A stretch of DNA of 64,000 nucleotides from Tepidisphaera sp. (lineage in GTDB: Bacteria > Planctomycetota > Phycisphaerae > Phycisphaerales > UBA1924), in the NCBI GenBank assembly GCA_050916045.1, contig CP051526.1, positions 4,000,001 to 4,064,000 on the forward strand. The letters are read 5' to 3'. Every line of letters starts with the position of its first letter. Within the stretch, counting starts at the first letter, position 1. A model generated the notes under the pieces. The model was not told where the DNA came from. It saw only the letters and a list, made by a program, of their open reading frames with translations, and ran no database searches. Below are positions 8,688 to 18,836 of this stretch, one piece after another. The position numbers were made by a program, and so were the translations under genes.

Positions 8688-10439
8688 ATGCCCACGCTTT
8701 CGCCGGTCCAGACCCGTTTCGTTCCCGCCGACATCGACTGCACCCGCTGGGAGCAGATCGAACCGCTGGCCCAAGCTCTCCTCAGCCGCCCCGTGAGCTC
8801 CGCCGCCGAGCTCGAAGCCTGGCTCATCGACCGCGGCGAGCTGGAAGCCGCCATCGGCCAGGCCGGGTCGCTCGTCTACATCAACATGACCTGCGACACC
8901 GAGAACAAAGCCGATCAGGACGCTTACACGAACTTCATCGAGACCATTCCGCCGAAGTACAAGCCCGTCTCGTTCCAGCTCGACCAGCGGCAGGTCGAAC
9001 TCTCGAACAAGCTCAACCTGCCATCCCGCGCCGGCGAGCGGTACGAGGTCCTCACGCGCGGCGTGAAGGTCGAAGCCGATCTCTTCCGCGCGGAGAACGT
9101 CCCGCTTCAAACCGAGCTCGCGCTGCTCTCTCAGAAATACGACCAGATCATCGGCGCGATGACCGTGCACTTTGACGGCCGCGACCAGACCCTCCCCGAG
9201 ATGGCCCGGTATCAGGAGGTCACGGACCGCTCGGTCCGCGAAGCCGCGTGGCGCGCCGTCGCCGCCCGCCGCCTCAAGGAACGAGCCGTCCTCGATGATC
9301 TCTACAACCAGATGATCGCCCTGAGGCACAAGGTCGCACTCAACGCGGGCTTTCAGGACTACACCCACTACGCGTTCAAGGAACGCCGCCGCTTTGACTA
9401 CACCGAAGCCCACTGCCGAGCGTTCCACGAAGCGTGCGAGAAAGCCGTCGTCCCGCTCATCCGCCGCCTCCATGAGGAACGCCGCAAGCATCTCGGCGTC
9501 GACGCTCTTCGCCCGTGGGATCTCGCGGTCGACGTCAAGGGTCGCCCGCCGCTCCGCCCCTTCAAGAACGGCCATGAGCTTCAGACCAAGTCGATCGACG
9601 TGATGACCCGCCTTGATCCGCGGCTGGGGCGGATGCTCGCGTCGATGGGCGACGGCTCGAACACGCGAGGCGCCCGCGACGGACAGTCCCTCGACCTGGA
9701 CACCCGCAAGGGCAAAGCCCCCGGCGGCTACCAGGCCAACCTCGACCGGGAACGCCGGCCCTTTATCTTCATGAATGCGGCGGGCCTCGCCAACGATGTC
9801 GTCGTGATGTTCCACGAAGCCGGGCACGCATTCCACGCGATGCTCGCCCGGGAGGAACCGCTTCTGGCCTATCGGAGCACAACGGAGGAGTTCTGCGAGG
9901 TGGCTTCGATGTCGATGGAGCTGCTGACGCTCCCGCATCTGCACACCTTCTTCCCCGACAGGACGGACCTCGCCCGCGCGACACGCCAGCAGTTTCTCCG
10001 CGTGGTCACGATCCTGCCCTGGATCGCTCAGATCGACGCCTTTCAGTTCTGGGTGTACGGGAACCCGACCCACGCGGTCCACCAACGGACGAAAGCCTGG
10101 CTCGATCTGGATGCCAAGCTGGGCGGCGGTGTCGACTGGTCAGGGCTGGAGGACGTGCGCGAGTGCCTTTGGCAGCGGCAGCTCCACCTCTTCGGAGCAC
10201 CCTTCTACTACATCGAGTACGGCATCGCTCAGCTCGGAGCCCTGCAGCTCTGGCTCATCTCGCTGGAACAGTCGCCAACGAAGGCGATTGACCTGTACCT
10301 GCACGCCCTCTCGCTCGGCGGCACCAAGCCGCTCCCGCAGCTCTTCGAAGCGGCGGGTCTGAAGTTCGATTTCGGCCCCGCCACCGTCAAGCGGCTGGTC
10401 GACCGAACGGAAGCGGAGCTCGCCAAGCTGCCGGAGTGA
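8688..10439 (+). CDS. pepF: M3B family oligoendopeptidase (PepF-like)
   Basis: HEAGH (HExxH), RPWDLAVD, RKGKAPGGY, PFYYIEYGIAQLGA. Start at ATG 8688, with TACCAT 5 nt upstream. Confidence 0.88.
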   Translation: MPTLSPVQTRFVPADIDCTRWEQIEPLAQALLSRPVSSAAELEAWLIDRGELEAAIGQAGSLVYINMTCDTENKADQDAYTNFIETIPPKYKPVSFQLDQRQVELSNKLNLPSRAGERYEVLTRGVKVEADLFRAENVPLQTELALLSQKYDQIIGAMTVHFDGRDQTLPEMARYQEVTDRSVREAAWRAVAARRLKERAVLDDLYNQMIALRHKVALNAGFQDYTHYAFKERRRFDYTEAHCRAFHEACEKAVVPLIRRLHEERRKHLGVDALRPWDLAVDVKGRPPLRPFKNGHELQTKSIDVMTRLDPRLGRMLASMGDGSNTRGARDGQSLDLDTRKGKAPGGYQANLDRERRPFIFMNAAGLANDVVVMFHEAGHAFHAMLAREEPLLAYRSTTEEFCEVASMSMELLTLPHLHTFFPDRTDLARATRQQFLRVVTILPWIAQIDAFQFWVYGNPTHAVHQRTKAWLDLDAKLGGGVDWSGLEDVRECLWQRQLHLFGAPFYYIEYGIAQLGALQLWLISLEQSPTKAIDLYLHALSLGGTKPLPQLFEAAGLKFDFGPATVKRLVDRTEAELAKLPE

Positions 10440-10846
10440 TCGCCCAGCCCGAGGAGTCCGCCGTGCCGCTCACACCCGAGACCGCCCAGCAGATCATGAC
10501 CCGGTGGTACGCCGCTTGGAACGCCCAGAACCTGGACGCCATCATGGCGTGCTACCACGACTCCATCGAGCACAGCTCGCCGTTCATCGCGCGGTTCAAC
10601 GCGTCCGCCGGGGTCACCCCCGAGCCGGTCCTCCGTGGCAAACCGGCCGTGCGGGCCTACTTCGGTCGTGCCCTGACCTCCAACCCGACCCCCGCCGGCC
10701 TCACACGGTTCTCGCCGATGCACCTGACGGTCGGGACGGAGAGCGTGCTCGTGCTTTACCGCCGGTGGACCGGCGAACTCGCGGGCGAGGTCTTCTTCCT
10801 CGACGCTTCCGGCCTGATCATCCGCTCCGTCTCTCACTACGGCTGA
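10436..10846 (+). CDS. SnoaL/NTF2-like family protein
   Basis: WYAAWNAQNLDAIMACY...SSPFI...LRGKPAVRAYF pattern; GTGA coupling to pepF. Confidence 0.8.
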   Translation: MIAQPEESAVPLTPETAQQIMTRWYAAWNAQNLDAIMACYHDSIEHSSPFIARFNASAGVTPEPVLRGKPAVRAYFGRALTSNPTPAGLTRFSPMHLTVGTESVLVLYRRWTGELAGEVFFLDASGLIIRSVSHYG

Positions 10847-11077
10847 CCCGCGGCCGGCCCGCTGAGTCGGATTTTGTTCGTAGAAACCGCCGCCCGGCGA
10901 GCGGCGAAATCGGTTAGCATCTCAGCCCCGCGATATCACCGATGCAACTCGTTCAAGTGCAGTCGGTACGCGGAGTTCCGGCGATCCTCGACATTCCGAA
11001 TCGCCGGAGTGGCCCTTGGGTTCACTGGATTGGCCCGGTTCCTGGTGTTCGTGTCGAACCTGCGAAGGAGTTTCCGC

Positions 11078-14074
11078 ATGCGAGGTCTCAGTCTCATCAA
11101 TCGGATCGGTGTTCTCACCGTGCTGGCCGGATGCGCCACCGGGATGTTCACCAAGGTCGCGCTCGCTCAGGGCGAGCCGGACAAGCCCGAATTCCGCCCC
11201 TTCGCCGAAGTCTCCAAGGGCTTTGAGAAGGTCAATAGCCCCGAGGGCGAATCGTTCTATGGCATCTGGGTCGACCGCAAGAAGGGTCAGATGCTCGCCG
11301 AGCTTCCGCGTGGCTTCGAAGGTCAGAAGCACTTCATCGCCCTCACCGTCAGCAGCGGCGAGGACTACGCCGGCCTCCAGGCGGGCGACATCCTCGTCTA
11401 CTGGAAGCGGCAGGACAACCGGCTGCTTCTGATGGAACCCAACCTCGCGACCCAGAGCAGCGGCGACCGCGAGAGCAAGGACTCCGTCAAGCGCCTCTTC
11501 ACCGACCGCGTCATCCTCGACGTGCCGATCGTCACCATGGGCCCCTCCGGGCAGCCGATGATCGACATGGATGAGCTTCTCGCCGGCCGCACGGCTCTCT
11601 TCTTCGGCAAGTCCGGCAACACCCGCCTCGCGTCGATCAGCAAAGCCAAAGCGTTCCCCCAGAACGTCGAACTCGCGTTCGAGATGCCCACCGGCGACGG
11701 CCGCTTGCAGCAGTTCCACTATTCGATCAGCATGCTCCAGGGCACGCCGGGCTACCAGCCCCGCGCCGCCGACGAGCGCGTCGGTTACTTCACGACGACG
11801 TACCGCGACCTGGGCAAGTTCGTCGACAACGAGAAGTGGGTCCGCTACATCAACCGCTGGAACCTTGAGAAACGCGACAACCGCCTCAAGCTCAGCCCGC
11901 CCAAGCAGCCGATTGTTTTCTACATCGAAAGCACCGTCCCCGTCCGCTACCGCCGCTGGGTCGAAGCCGGCGTGCTCGAGTGGAACAAGGCTTTCGAGAA
12001 GGTCGGCATCCTCAACGCGGTCGAAGTCCGCCAGCAGGACGCCGAAACGAACACCTACATGGACAAGGACCCCGAGGATGTTCGGTGGAACTTCGTCCGC
12101 TGGCTGGCCAACGACCAGGGCACGGCGATCGGACCCAGCCGCGTGAACCCCTACACGGGCGAGATCCTCGACGCGGACATCATCCTGACCGACGGCTGGA
12201 TCCGCCACTTCTGGAACAACTTCTCCAACGTGATGCCCAAGATCGCGATGGAAGGCATGAGCGCCGAAACCCTCGCGTGGCTTGACCAGCGGCCCGAGTG
12301 GGACCCGCGCGTCCGCCTCGCTCCGCCCGAAGACCGCGACATGATCATGGCCCAGCGGGCCCGCCGCGGCGTCGTCGCCTACGGCGGCCACCCGATGGCC
12401 GCCGCGATGGGCAGCGATTCCAACATGCTCGGCACCGGCGAATTCTCCGGCCTCTTCAACCGCCGAAGCCAGGTCAACGGCTTCTGCATGGCAGCCGACG
12501 GCAAAGCGTTCGACGTCGCGATGATGCGGATGTACCTCGAAGGCATGGGCTTGGATTCCGAGAGCGGGTTCACCGGCCCGATGGAAACCGTCTCGGCGAT
12601 CCCCTCCGGCGACCCCGCCAAGGGCGACCTGCTCGACGGCATCCCCGAGTGGTTCATCGGCCCCCTGCTCGCGGACCTCGTCGTCCACGAAGTCGGACAC
12701 ACCCTCGGCCTCCGCCACAACTTCAAGGCCTCGTCCATCTACACGATGGACAAGATCAACAGCCCCGAGGTCAAGGGCAAGAAAGCCTTCACCGGCTCCG
12801 TGATGGACTACATCCCCATCAACTTCAACCTCCCCGCCGAGAACGCCGAAGCGGCCAAGCCCGAGGCAGAGAAGAAGGAAGGCGATGCCAAGGACGGCAA
12901 GAAGGAGGACAAGAAGCCCTCAGTCATGCCGCAGGCCGAAGGCGACTACGCCATGACCGGCGTCGGCCCCTACGACTTCTGGGCGATCGAGTACGGCTAC
13001 ACCACCGGCGACGTAAAGGAAGTCCTCAAGCGCGTGGCCGAGCCCGAGCTCGTCTACGGCACGGATGAAGACACCGGCGGCCCCGACCCCGCGATCCAGC
13101 GGTACGACTTCGCGGCCGACCCCCTCGAGTACTGCAAGAACCAGGCGACCCTCGCCAAGTGGCACCGCGGCCGCCTCATGGACAAGTTCGTCAAGGACGG
13201 CGAAAGCTGGTCCAAGCTCCGCCGCGGGTACGAGATGACCCTCGGCATGCAGACCCGCTCCATCGCCATCATGAGCCCCTGGGTCGGCGGAACCCACGTC
13301 AACCGCGACCGCAAGGGCGACCCCAACGGCCGCAACCCGATCGTCCCCGTCGAAGCCGCCAAGCAGCGCGAGGCTCTCAAGTTCATCGTCGAGCAGACCT
13401 TCCGCGATGAGGCTTTCGGCCTCACCCCGGCCCTCCTCGAGAAGATGACCGTTGACAAGTGGCTGGATCAGGGCGGCTCGGGCGAAGCCATGCAGGAAAA
13501 CGCCTGGCCGATCCACGACCGCATCGCCGGCATCCAGGCTTCGGCGCTCACCCGCCTCATGAATCCGACGACGCTCCGCCGCGTCTTCGACAACGAGTTC
13601 CGCATCCCGGCCGATCAGGATGCGCTCACCGTTCCGGAGCTGATCGACACCATCTCCGCCTCGATCTGGACCGAGCTTGACAACTCGCCCAGCGGCTCCT
13701 TCACCGCTCGCAAGCCCATGATCTCGAGCCTCCGCCGCAACCTGCAGCGCGAGCACATCGACCGCCTCATGGACCTCTCCCTCAAGGGCATCGGCTCCGG
13801 CGCCGCCAGCAAGCCCGTGCAGTCCCTGGCGACCGCCAAGCTTCGCGACCTCAAGGCCAAGCTCGACAAGTTCAAGGACGCTTCCGGCCTTGACCCCTAC
13901 AGCAAGAGCCACCTCGACGACATCCGCAACCGCGTCACCAAGCTCCTCGACGCCAACTACCTCTACAACCCGAGCTCCGGCGGTGGCGGCGGCGGCCTGC
14001 CCTTCGGCTTCTTCGGAAACCAGCCCGAAGCCAAGCCCGCAGGGATCATCCAGCCCGTCCCGCAGGATGAGTAA
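11078..14074 (+). CDS. secreted zinc-dependent metalloprotease (DUF5117/DUF5118/DUF4953-type metzincin)
   Basis: Signal peptide ending ALA-Q; YQPRAADERVGYF, WNKAFEKVG, NPYTGEILDADI, HEVGHTLGLRHNF, SVMDY Met-turn. AAGGAG SD before ATG 11078. Confidence 0.88.
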   Translation: MRGLSLINRIGVLTVLAGCATGMFTKVALAQGEPDKPEFRPFAEVSKGFEKVNSPEGESFYGIWVDRKKGQMLAELPRGFEGQKHFIALTVSSGEDYAGLQAGDILVYWKRQDNRLLLMEPNLATQSSGDRESKDSVKRLFTDRVILDVPIVTMGPSGQPMIDMDELLAGRTALFFGKSGNTRLASISKAKAFPQNVELAFEMPTGDGRLQQFHYSISMLQGTPGYQPRAADERVGYFTTTYRDLGKFVDNEKWVRYINRWNLEKRDNRLKLSPPKQPIVFYIESTVPVRYRRWVEAGVLEWNKAFEKVGILNAVEVRQQDAETNTYMDKDPEDVRWNFVRWLANDQGTAIGPSRVNPYTGEILDADIILTDGWIRHFWNNFSNVMPKIAMEGMSAETLAWLDQRPEWDPRVRLAPPEDRDMIMAQRARRGVVAYGGHPMAAAMGSDSNMLGTGEFSGLFNRRSQVNGFCMAADGKAFDVAMMRMYLEGMGLDSESGFTGPMETVSAIPSGDPAKGDLLDGIPEWFIGPLLADLVVHEVGHTLGLRHNFKASSIYTMDKINSPEVKGKKAFTGSVMDYIPINFNLPAENAEAAKPEAEKKEGDAKDGKKEDKKPSVMPQAEGDYAMTGVGPYDFWAIEYGYTTGDVKEVLKRVAEPELVYGTDEDTGGPDPAIQRYDFAADPLEYCKNQATLAKWHRGRLMDKFVKDGESWSKLRRGYEMTLGMQTRSIAIMSPWVGGTHVNRDRKGDPNGRNPIVPVEAAKQREALKFIVEQTFRDEAFGLTPALLEKMTVDKWLDQGGSGEAMQENAWPIHDRIAGIQASALTRLMNPTTLRRVFDNEFRIPADQDALTVPELIDTISASIWTELDNSPSGSFTARKPMISSLRRNLQREHIDRLMDLSLKGIGSGAASKPVQSLATAKLRDLKAKLDKFKDASGLDPYSKSHLDDIRNRVTKLLDANYLYNPSSGGGGGGLPFGFFGNQPEAKPAGIIQPVPQDE

Positions 14075-14103
14075 GCCCGAAGCTCTCACGCAGTAGAAAG
14101 CAC

Positions 14104-14142
14104 AAGCGGCCCGCGGATCACTCCGCGGGCCGCTTTCGTTTT
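14104..14142 (+). terminator. intrinsic terminator
   Basis: AAGCGGCCCGCGGA-TCAC-TCCGCGGGCCGCTT then TCGTTTT. Confidence 0.8.
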
Positions 14143-14175
14143 CCGCGTCACCCGACTCGACCAATACGACCGCTT

Positions 14176-14201
14176 GGAACTCTCCGCATTCGCGGCACGT
14201 A
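14176..14201 (+). promoter_or_regulatory. putative ECF-sigma promoter
   Basis: GGAACT-N16-CGTA, 9 nt upstream of ATG 14211. Confidence 0.4.
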
Positions 14202-14210
14202 CCCATTGAA

Positions 14211-15599
14211 ATGCTCGCACTCCTCGCCGCCATCCTCTCCGCCCAGCCCGGTAGCTCGCTTCCGCACGGCGTGACGGCTCTCTTCCCACCCACGGCCGCG
14301 GAAGCGGCCGCTTCGCTGGCGGAGAAGGTGCTGATCCTGGCGCGATGGTCCGAAAGCGGCATGGAGAAATGCTGCGGCATCTGGGAGCTCGATCCCTCCG
14401 ATCCGCCCAAGATCACACTCCGCGTCCGATTCGAAGACTCGTCGTGGTCGCCGGACACGCTCGTTCATTCGTTTCCCAAGCCACCGGTCTTTGCCGACGT
14501 AATCCGTCAGCAGGTGGATGGCGATCGTTCGTACCGCGTCAATCTCTTCCGCATCAACTATCGCGACTGGTCGGTGAACAGCATCTATCGAGGCAAACAA
14601 GCCTTGGACGTCATCTCGACTTCTTCGAGCATCTACATGGATATTGGATCCGACGGCAAGCCCGAGGATCTGCGCGTTCTCCGCGCCGGGTTCGACGAGC
14701 TTGAATCACCGAAGGAGCCCTTTCAGTTCATCCGCCGGGTCGATAGCTCGCCACACCTCCGGCTTGTCCGACGATCCGGCGCTCCGAAGGACCAGTACGC
14801 TTTCTTCGATACCACGCGGGATCGCATCGTCGCATCGATCACACTCCCGACAAGCAATCTGTACGAGCTCGCGGTCGATGAAGGCCTGACATGGGTCGCA
14901 TGGCGAAATCTGTACGAACTTGAGGGCGTCATTCGAAACGATCGCATCGGCATGCCGCAGTTCTGCAAGAACGTTGTGCACGTAGCCGCCCTTGACGGCT
15001 CCTCCCACGCCACGTTCCCGATCGGCGTGTACTTCTTCGCCGGAAGCGGAACGGATGGCATGTCGTCCGCCGATCTTCTCTTCACGAACGACGGGCGGCT
15101 CCTGTACTCTTCGGTCCCGACTCCGGACCCGATGCCTGCACCGCCCCCGCCGCTCAAGCCGGGCGAGAGCCCGTTCTGGACCGGCAACACGGAAACTGTC
15201 AAGCCCGACCGCTTGGCTTACGTCTTCGCCACCGGGGCCTCCGAGTCCGCCAGGACGACGGACCCGGTTTCTCCGCCCTTCTCAGGCTGGGGCGATGACC
15301 TGCCCGAGAATCTCAAGCCGTTCGCTCGCGCCCGGCCGGATGAGAACGAGCTGGCGCACGCGTTTCTCAAGTCCAAAGGCATCGACTACGACATTCCCGC
15401 CGCGGTCAAGTGGACCACGCTTGGCGTCAGCGCGGACAGACAGAGGATCGCGGTCAAGCTGCGGGAAAGCCGTCGCGACGCAGTGTTCATGCTCGGCGAC
15501 CTTCAATCCAACACCCTGCGAGAAGTTCCGGCACCGAAAGAACTGGTCGATGCCATCGACATTTCACTGGTATGGGTCTCGGTTCCGCCCGTACGCTGA
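14211..15599 (+). CDS. hypothetical exported protein (possible beta-propeller)
   Basis: 462-aa ORF with a short hydrophobic N-terminus, filling the gap between a terminator and the convergent tpx; no recognisable family motif. Confidence 0.6.
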   Translation: MLALLAAILSAQPGSSLPHGVTALFPPTAAEAAASLAEKVLILARWSESGMEKCCGIWELDPSDPPKITLRVRFEDSSWSPDTLVHSFPKPPVFADVIRQQVDGDRSYRVNLFRINYRDWSVNSIYRGKQALDVISTSSSIYMDIGSDGKPEDLRVLRAGFDELESPKEPFQFIRRVDSSPHLRLVRRSGAPKDQYAFFDTTRDRIVASITLPTSNLYELAVDEGLTWVAWRNLYELEGVIRNDRIGMPQFCKNVVHVAALDGSSHATFPIGVYFFAGSGTDGMSSADLLFTNDGRLLYSSVPTPDPMPAPPPPLKPGESPFWTGNTETVKPDRLAYVFATGASESARTTDPVSPPFSGWGDDLPENLKPFARARPDENELAHAFLKSKGIDYDIPAAVKWTTLGVSADRQRIAVKLRESRRDAVFMLGDLQSNTLREVPAPKELVDAIDISLVWVSVPPVR

Positions 15600-15616
15600 T
15601 TATCCCATCTCTCGGA

Positions 15617-16249
15617 CTACCGCGAGGCGGTCGGTGGCGCCGCACTCTTCGCCGCTTCGATCGCCGCGTCATAGTTCGGCTCGCTCGCGACTTCCGGCAC
15701 GATTTCCTGATACCGCACGACGCCCCCCGCGTCGATCACCGTCACCGTCCGCGCGAGCAGGCCGTTCTCACGAATCCTCACCCCGTACCGATCCCCCACC
15801 TCGCGCCGCTTGCTGTCCGAAAGCGTGATCACCCGCTCGACGCCCGCCGCGCCGCACCACCGCTTCTGCGCAAACGGAAGATCCATCGACACCGTCAACA
15901 CGACAACTCCATCCCCGAGCGCCGAAGCCCGCTCGTTGAACTCCCGCGTCTCGCGATCGCACACCGCCGTCTCAAGCGACGGCACCGTGGACAGAATCAC
16001 GACCTTCCCTCGCCAGTCGCTCAGCCGCTTCTCGTCCATGTCGTTCGCCATCGCCGAAAAGTCCGGCGCGGGCCGACCCACGACCGCCCGACCCGTGCCC
16101 TCAAGCGTCATCGGCTTGCCCTTCATCGTGACCGCGTTCGGACGCAGAATCTCAACCGGACCGCTCGGCGTCTGATTCACCGTCACACACGACGCGAGCC
16201 CCGCCACCACGACCACAACCGACGCCGCCGCCCAGGACATCCTGCTCAT
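15617..16249 (-). CDS. tpx: thiol peroxidase (Tpx) with N-terminal lipoprotein-like signal
   Basis: VTMKGKPMTL, VPSLETAVC, SMDLPFAQKRWC, EPNYDAA. Start 16249 inferred from ATGA overlap with the upstream gene; MSRMSWAAASVVVVVAGLAS-C. Confidence 0.88.
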   Translation of the reverse strand: MSRMSWAAASVVVVVAGLASCVTVNQTPSGPVEILRPNAVTMKGKPMTLEGTGRAVVGRPAPDFSAMANDMDEKRLSDWRGKVVILSTVPSLETAVCDRETREFNERASALGDGVVVLTVSMDLPFAQKRWCGAAGVERVITLSDSKRREVGDRYGVRIRENGLLARTVTVIDAGGVVRYQEIVPEVASEPNYDAAIEAAKSAAPPTASR

Positions 16250-16785
16250 GCTTTGCTCCTTGCTTTGCGAACCGGCCGGGCTTTGCGATCCAAAGCCGCG
16301 GACTTGCTCAGCACCATCTCGACACACGCCCGAACGCGCCGCTCGCGCGTCTCCGGCTTCTTCGCTTGCTCGATCGCTTCGACATGCTCCCGCTGATGGG
16401 TGAAACTCATCGCTTTCCACGCATCCACGGCCCCCGTTCCGGCTTCGCGGAGCGCCCGCGCAAGGTCGACGGGCGGCTTCACCACCCGCGGCTTGTCATC
16501 AAGCGTGAGCGTGACCGTGACGCGCTCGCCCGCGACGACGCCGGAAGCTTCGCGGTTGCTCCCGCGAAGCGGGACAAACCGCTCACCACCCATGACACAC
16601 ACCGTGGATCGGAACTCATGCCCGGTTCTCGACTTTCCCTCGACGCGGACGACCACCGGAGCCCTCGCTTTGCCGAAGACCTCCTTGGCATCAAACGGAA
16701 CGGCGATCGCCGTCATCGACGACCCGTCCGGGTCGCTGAGAACCTGTGTCTCGTACGTTCTCGAGATCGCGGGCTTCTTCGCCAT
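16246..16785 (-). CDS. DUF1905 / YdeI-OmpD-associated family protein
   Basis: VPFDAKEVFGKARAPV, AMSFTHQREHVEAIEQAKKPETRERRV. Confidence 0.85.
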   Translation of the reverse strand: MAKKPAISRTYETQVLSDPDGSSMTAIAVPFDAKEVFGKARAPVVVRVEGKSRTGHEFRSTVCVMGGERFVPLRGSNREASGVVAGERVTVTLTLDDKPRVVKPPVDLARALREAGTGAVDAWKAMSFTHQREHVEAIEQAKKPETRERRVRACVEMVLSKSAALDRKARPVRKARSKA

Positions 16786-16840
16786 GGAGTCAGTGTACGT
16801 CGCGGAAAACCAACCCTCGCCCGATTCGCCACCGCCAACC

Positions 16841-17527
16841 TCACCACGGCAGAGCGGACCCGTCGTAGTTCAAAAACCGCCCCGACATCGACAGTTCCGC
16901 CCGGTCGACGATGCCCACCAAGCCGCGCACCGACACCTCCGGTGTCAACGTCGCTTCCTTCCCGCCCATGTCCGTCTGCACCCATCCCGGGTGAGCCATG
17001 ATGCACGTGACGCCCTTGGGCCGAAGCTCATTTGCTAGGCTCACCGTGAGCTGATTCAGCCCCGTCTTGCTCGCCCGATACGCATAGCTCGACCCGCCGG
17101 TGTTGTTCGCGATGCTCCCGAGCTGGCTCGTGATGTTCAGCACCAGCTTGCGGGATCCCGCGACAAGCTTGGGCAGCAGAGCTTTGGTCACAAGCAGCGG
17201 CGCGAACGTGTTCACCCGGAACACCCGCTCAAGCTCCGGCCCCGTGACATCCGCAAGCAGCCGCGCCGGGCTGCTCACCCCCGCGTTGTTGATGAGCACA
17301 TCGATCGCGTCCACACCGCCAAGTCGCTCGGGCAAGCTCTCGATGCTTCCCCAGTCCGACACATCGAGCTCAACCCATCGCACGCCCTGCAGCAAGCCCG
17401 CATCCTCCGGCAGCTTCGCCACGCTCCGGGCCGTCCCAATGACGACCGCCCCGGGCTTTGCCGCAAGCTGTTTCACAAGCTCCAAGCCAATCCCGCGACT
17501 GGCTCCGGTGACGAGGTAGGTGGTCAT
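16841..17527 (-). CDS. short-chain dehydrogenase/reductase (CsgA C-factor-like)
   Basis: TGASRGIG, NNAG, YRASK, HPGWVQTDMGG. Confidence 0.9.
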   Translation of the reverse strand: MTTYLVTGASRGIGLELVKQLAAKPGAVVIGTARSVAKLPEDAGLLQGVRWVELDVSDWGSIESLPERLGGVDAIDVLINNAGVSSPARLLADVTGPELERVFRVNTFAPLLVTKALLPKLVAGSRKLVLNITSQLGSIANNTGGSSYAYRASKTGLNQLTVSLANELRPKGVTCIMAHPGWVQTDMGGKEATLTPEVSVRGLVGIVDRAELSMSGRFLNYDGSALPW

Positions 17528-17585
17528 GCGTAGAGGGTAGGTGAGAATCGCTTCTTCGACACGCGACGACAGGATACCTCGGCAA

Positions 17586-18836
17586 CTAGAACCACCGGCC
17601 GAGGGCCCAGATGAAAAGCACGATCAACACAATCCCGATGATCTGCCCCAGGCAGCCCTGGGCGATGTCCATGAGGACGGTCGTCACAATCCTCGTGGCC
17701 TTCGAACTCTTCGCTTCTGGCACGGGATCGACGGGCCGCGAGCCCGTGCAGAGATAGAACGTCACATCCTGGATCATCACATCGCGAATCACATCAGACC
17801 ACTCCGTCGCGACGGGAAGCACGATCTCACTCCCCGCACCCCCCACCAACCGACGGTCCGAGCCCACGCCGCGGAGCACACACCGCAGAGCGCTCGGGCC
17901 ACTCGCCGATGGTTGCCGATCATTGACGAGATGGGTGCCGTGAGACTTGAAGTTCCGAGCGAAGATCACCGGACTCTGCCGAATAGCCGCAGAGGATTCA
18001 GCCGCACGCATGAAGGAGAGCGGCTCGACCTCGACCCCGTGCCCGAGACCAAGCTCAACAATCTCGAGCGACGCCGCTTCATTCGCGACGGTCTCAAGCG
18101 TCCGAGGGTCCTCAACGCCGTACCGAGCCTTCGCGATCTCGCGCAGCTCGGTCTCCGAAAGCTCGATCGAATACGCGCCGCGCACCTCGACGTTCCACGC
18201 CGAGGTGCCGTCGGACTCATCCGGCTTCACAGGAACCTGAACGAGAGCGTCGGCGTTGTTCTGCACAAACCGCTTGACCGTCTCGTGGTCGACACGCTGG
18301 GCTCCGAGCACTCGTTTCACGACGAGATCGGACGTGCGCGTCAACGCCAGCAAAAGGTGTTCCGTTCCAACCCACGTCTGTCCCAACCCAAAGGCCTCCT
18401 CCACCGCGTCCGAAACCACACGCTGTGAAGCCGCACTCAGAGAAAGCTTGTCACGGTCATCAGTCTCGGTGTCCACCGAGAACGACCCGCCGGACGCCAA
18501 CTCTCGCACCATACGAGCCAGATCCACCTTCAGCGAAACGAGGGCGTGATACGCGACACCCCGCGGCCCGCGAATGATGGCGACCAGCACGTGACATGGT
18601 TCGATGGATCGCGAGTGAGCCGAAAACAGCAAGGCCAACAACGATCGGTTGGATGACGTCCAGAGATTGGTCGTCATCGCGTACGAATTGGCCAGCCTCA
18701 CAACCTCTCGCGCACGATCCGTAAACCGCTGAACCGGGCGCCCGCACTCGGGGCACTGACCCTGCAGACCGCGCATGTCATAGCCACAGAATGAACATGG
18801 CGACGATGTCGGTCTCGAGTCCGCGTTCACTTCCAC
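17586..18836 (-). CDS. zinc-ribbon + Clp N-terminal domain protein with C-terminal membrane anchor
   Basis: CSFCGYDMRGLQGQCPECG; RFTDRAREVVRLA, IEPCHVLVAI, VGTEHLLLAL (Clp_N repeats); hydrophobic C-terminus; no AAA+ Walker motifs. Confidence 0.7.
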   Translation of the reverse strand: MEVNADSRPTSSPCSFCGYDMRGLQGQCPECGRPVQRFTDRAREVVRLANSYAMTTNLWTSSNRSLLALLFSAHSRSIEPCHVLVAIIRGPRGVAYHALVSLKVDLARMVRELASGGSFSVDTETDDRDKLSLSAASQRVVSDAVEEAFGLGQTWVGTEHLLLALTRTSDLVVKRVLGAQRVDHETVKRFVQNNADALVQVPVKPDESDGTSAWNVEVRGAYSIELSETELREIAKARYGVEDPRTLETVANEAASLEIVELGLGHGVEVEPLSFMRAAESSAAIRQSPVIFARNFKSHGTHLVNDRQPSASGPSALRCVLRGVGSDRRLVGGAGSEIVLPVATEWSDVIRDVMIQDVTFYLCTGSRPVDPVPEAKSSKATRIVTTVLMDIAQGCLGQIIGIVLIVLFIWALGRWF

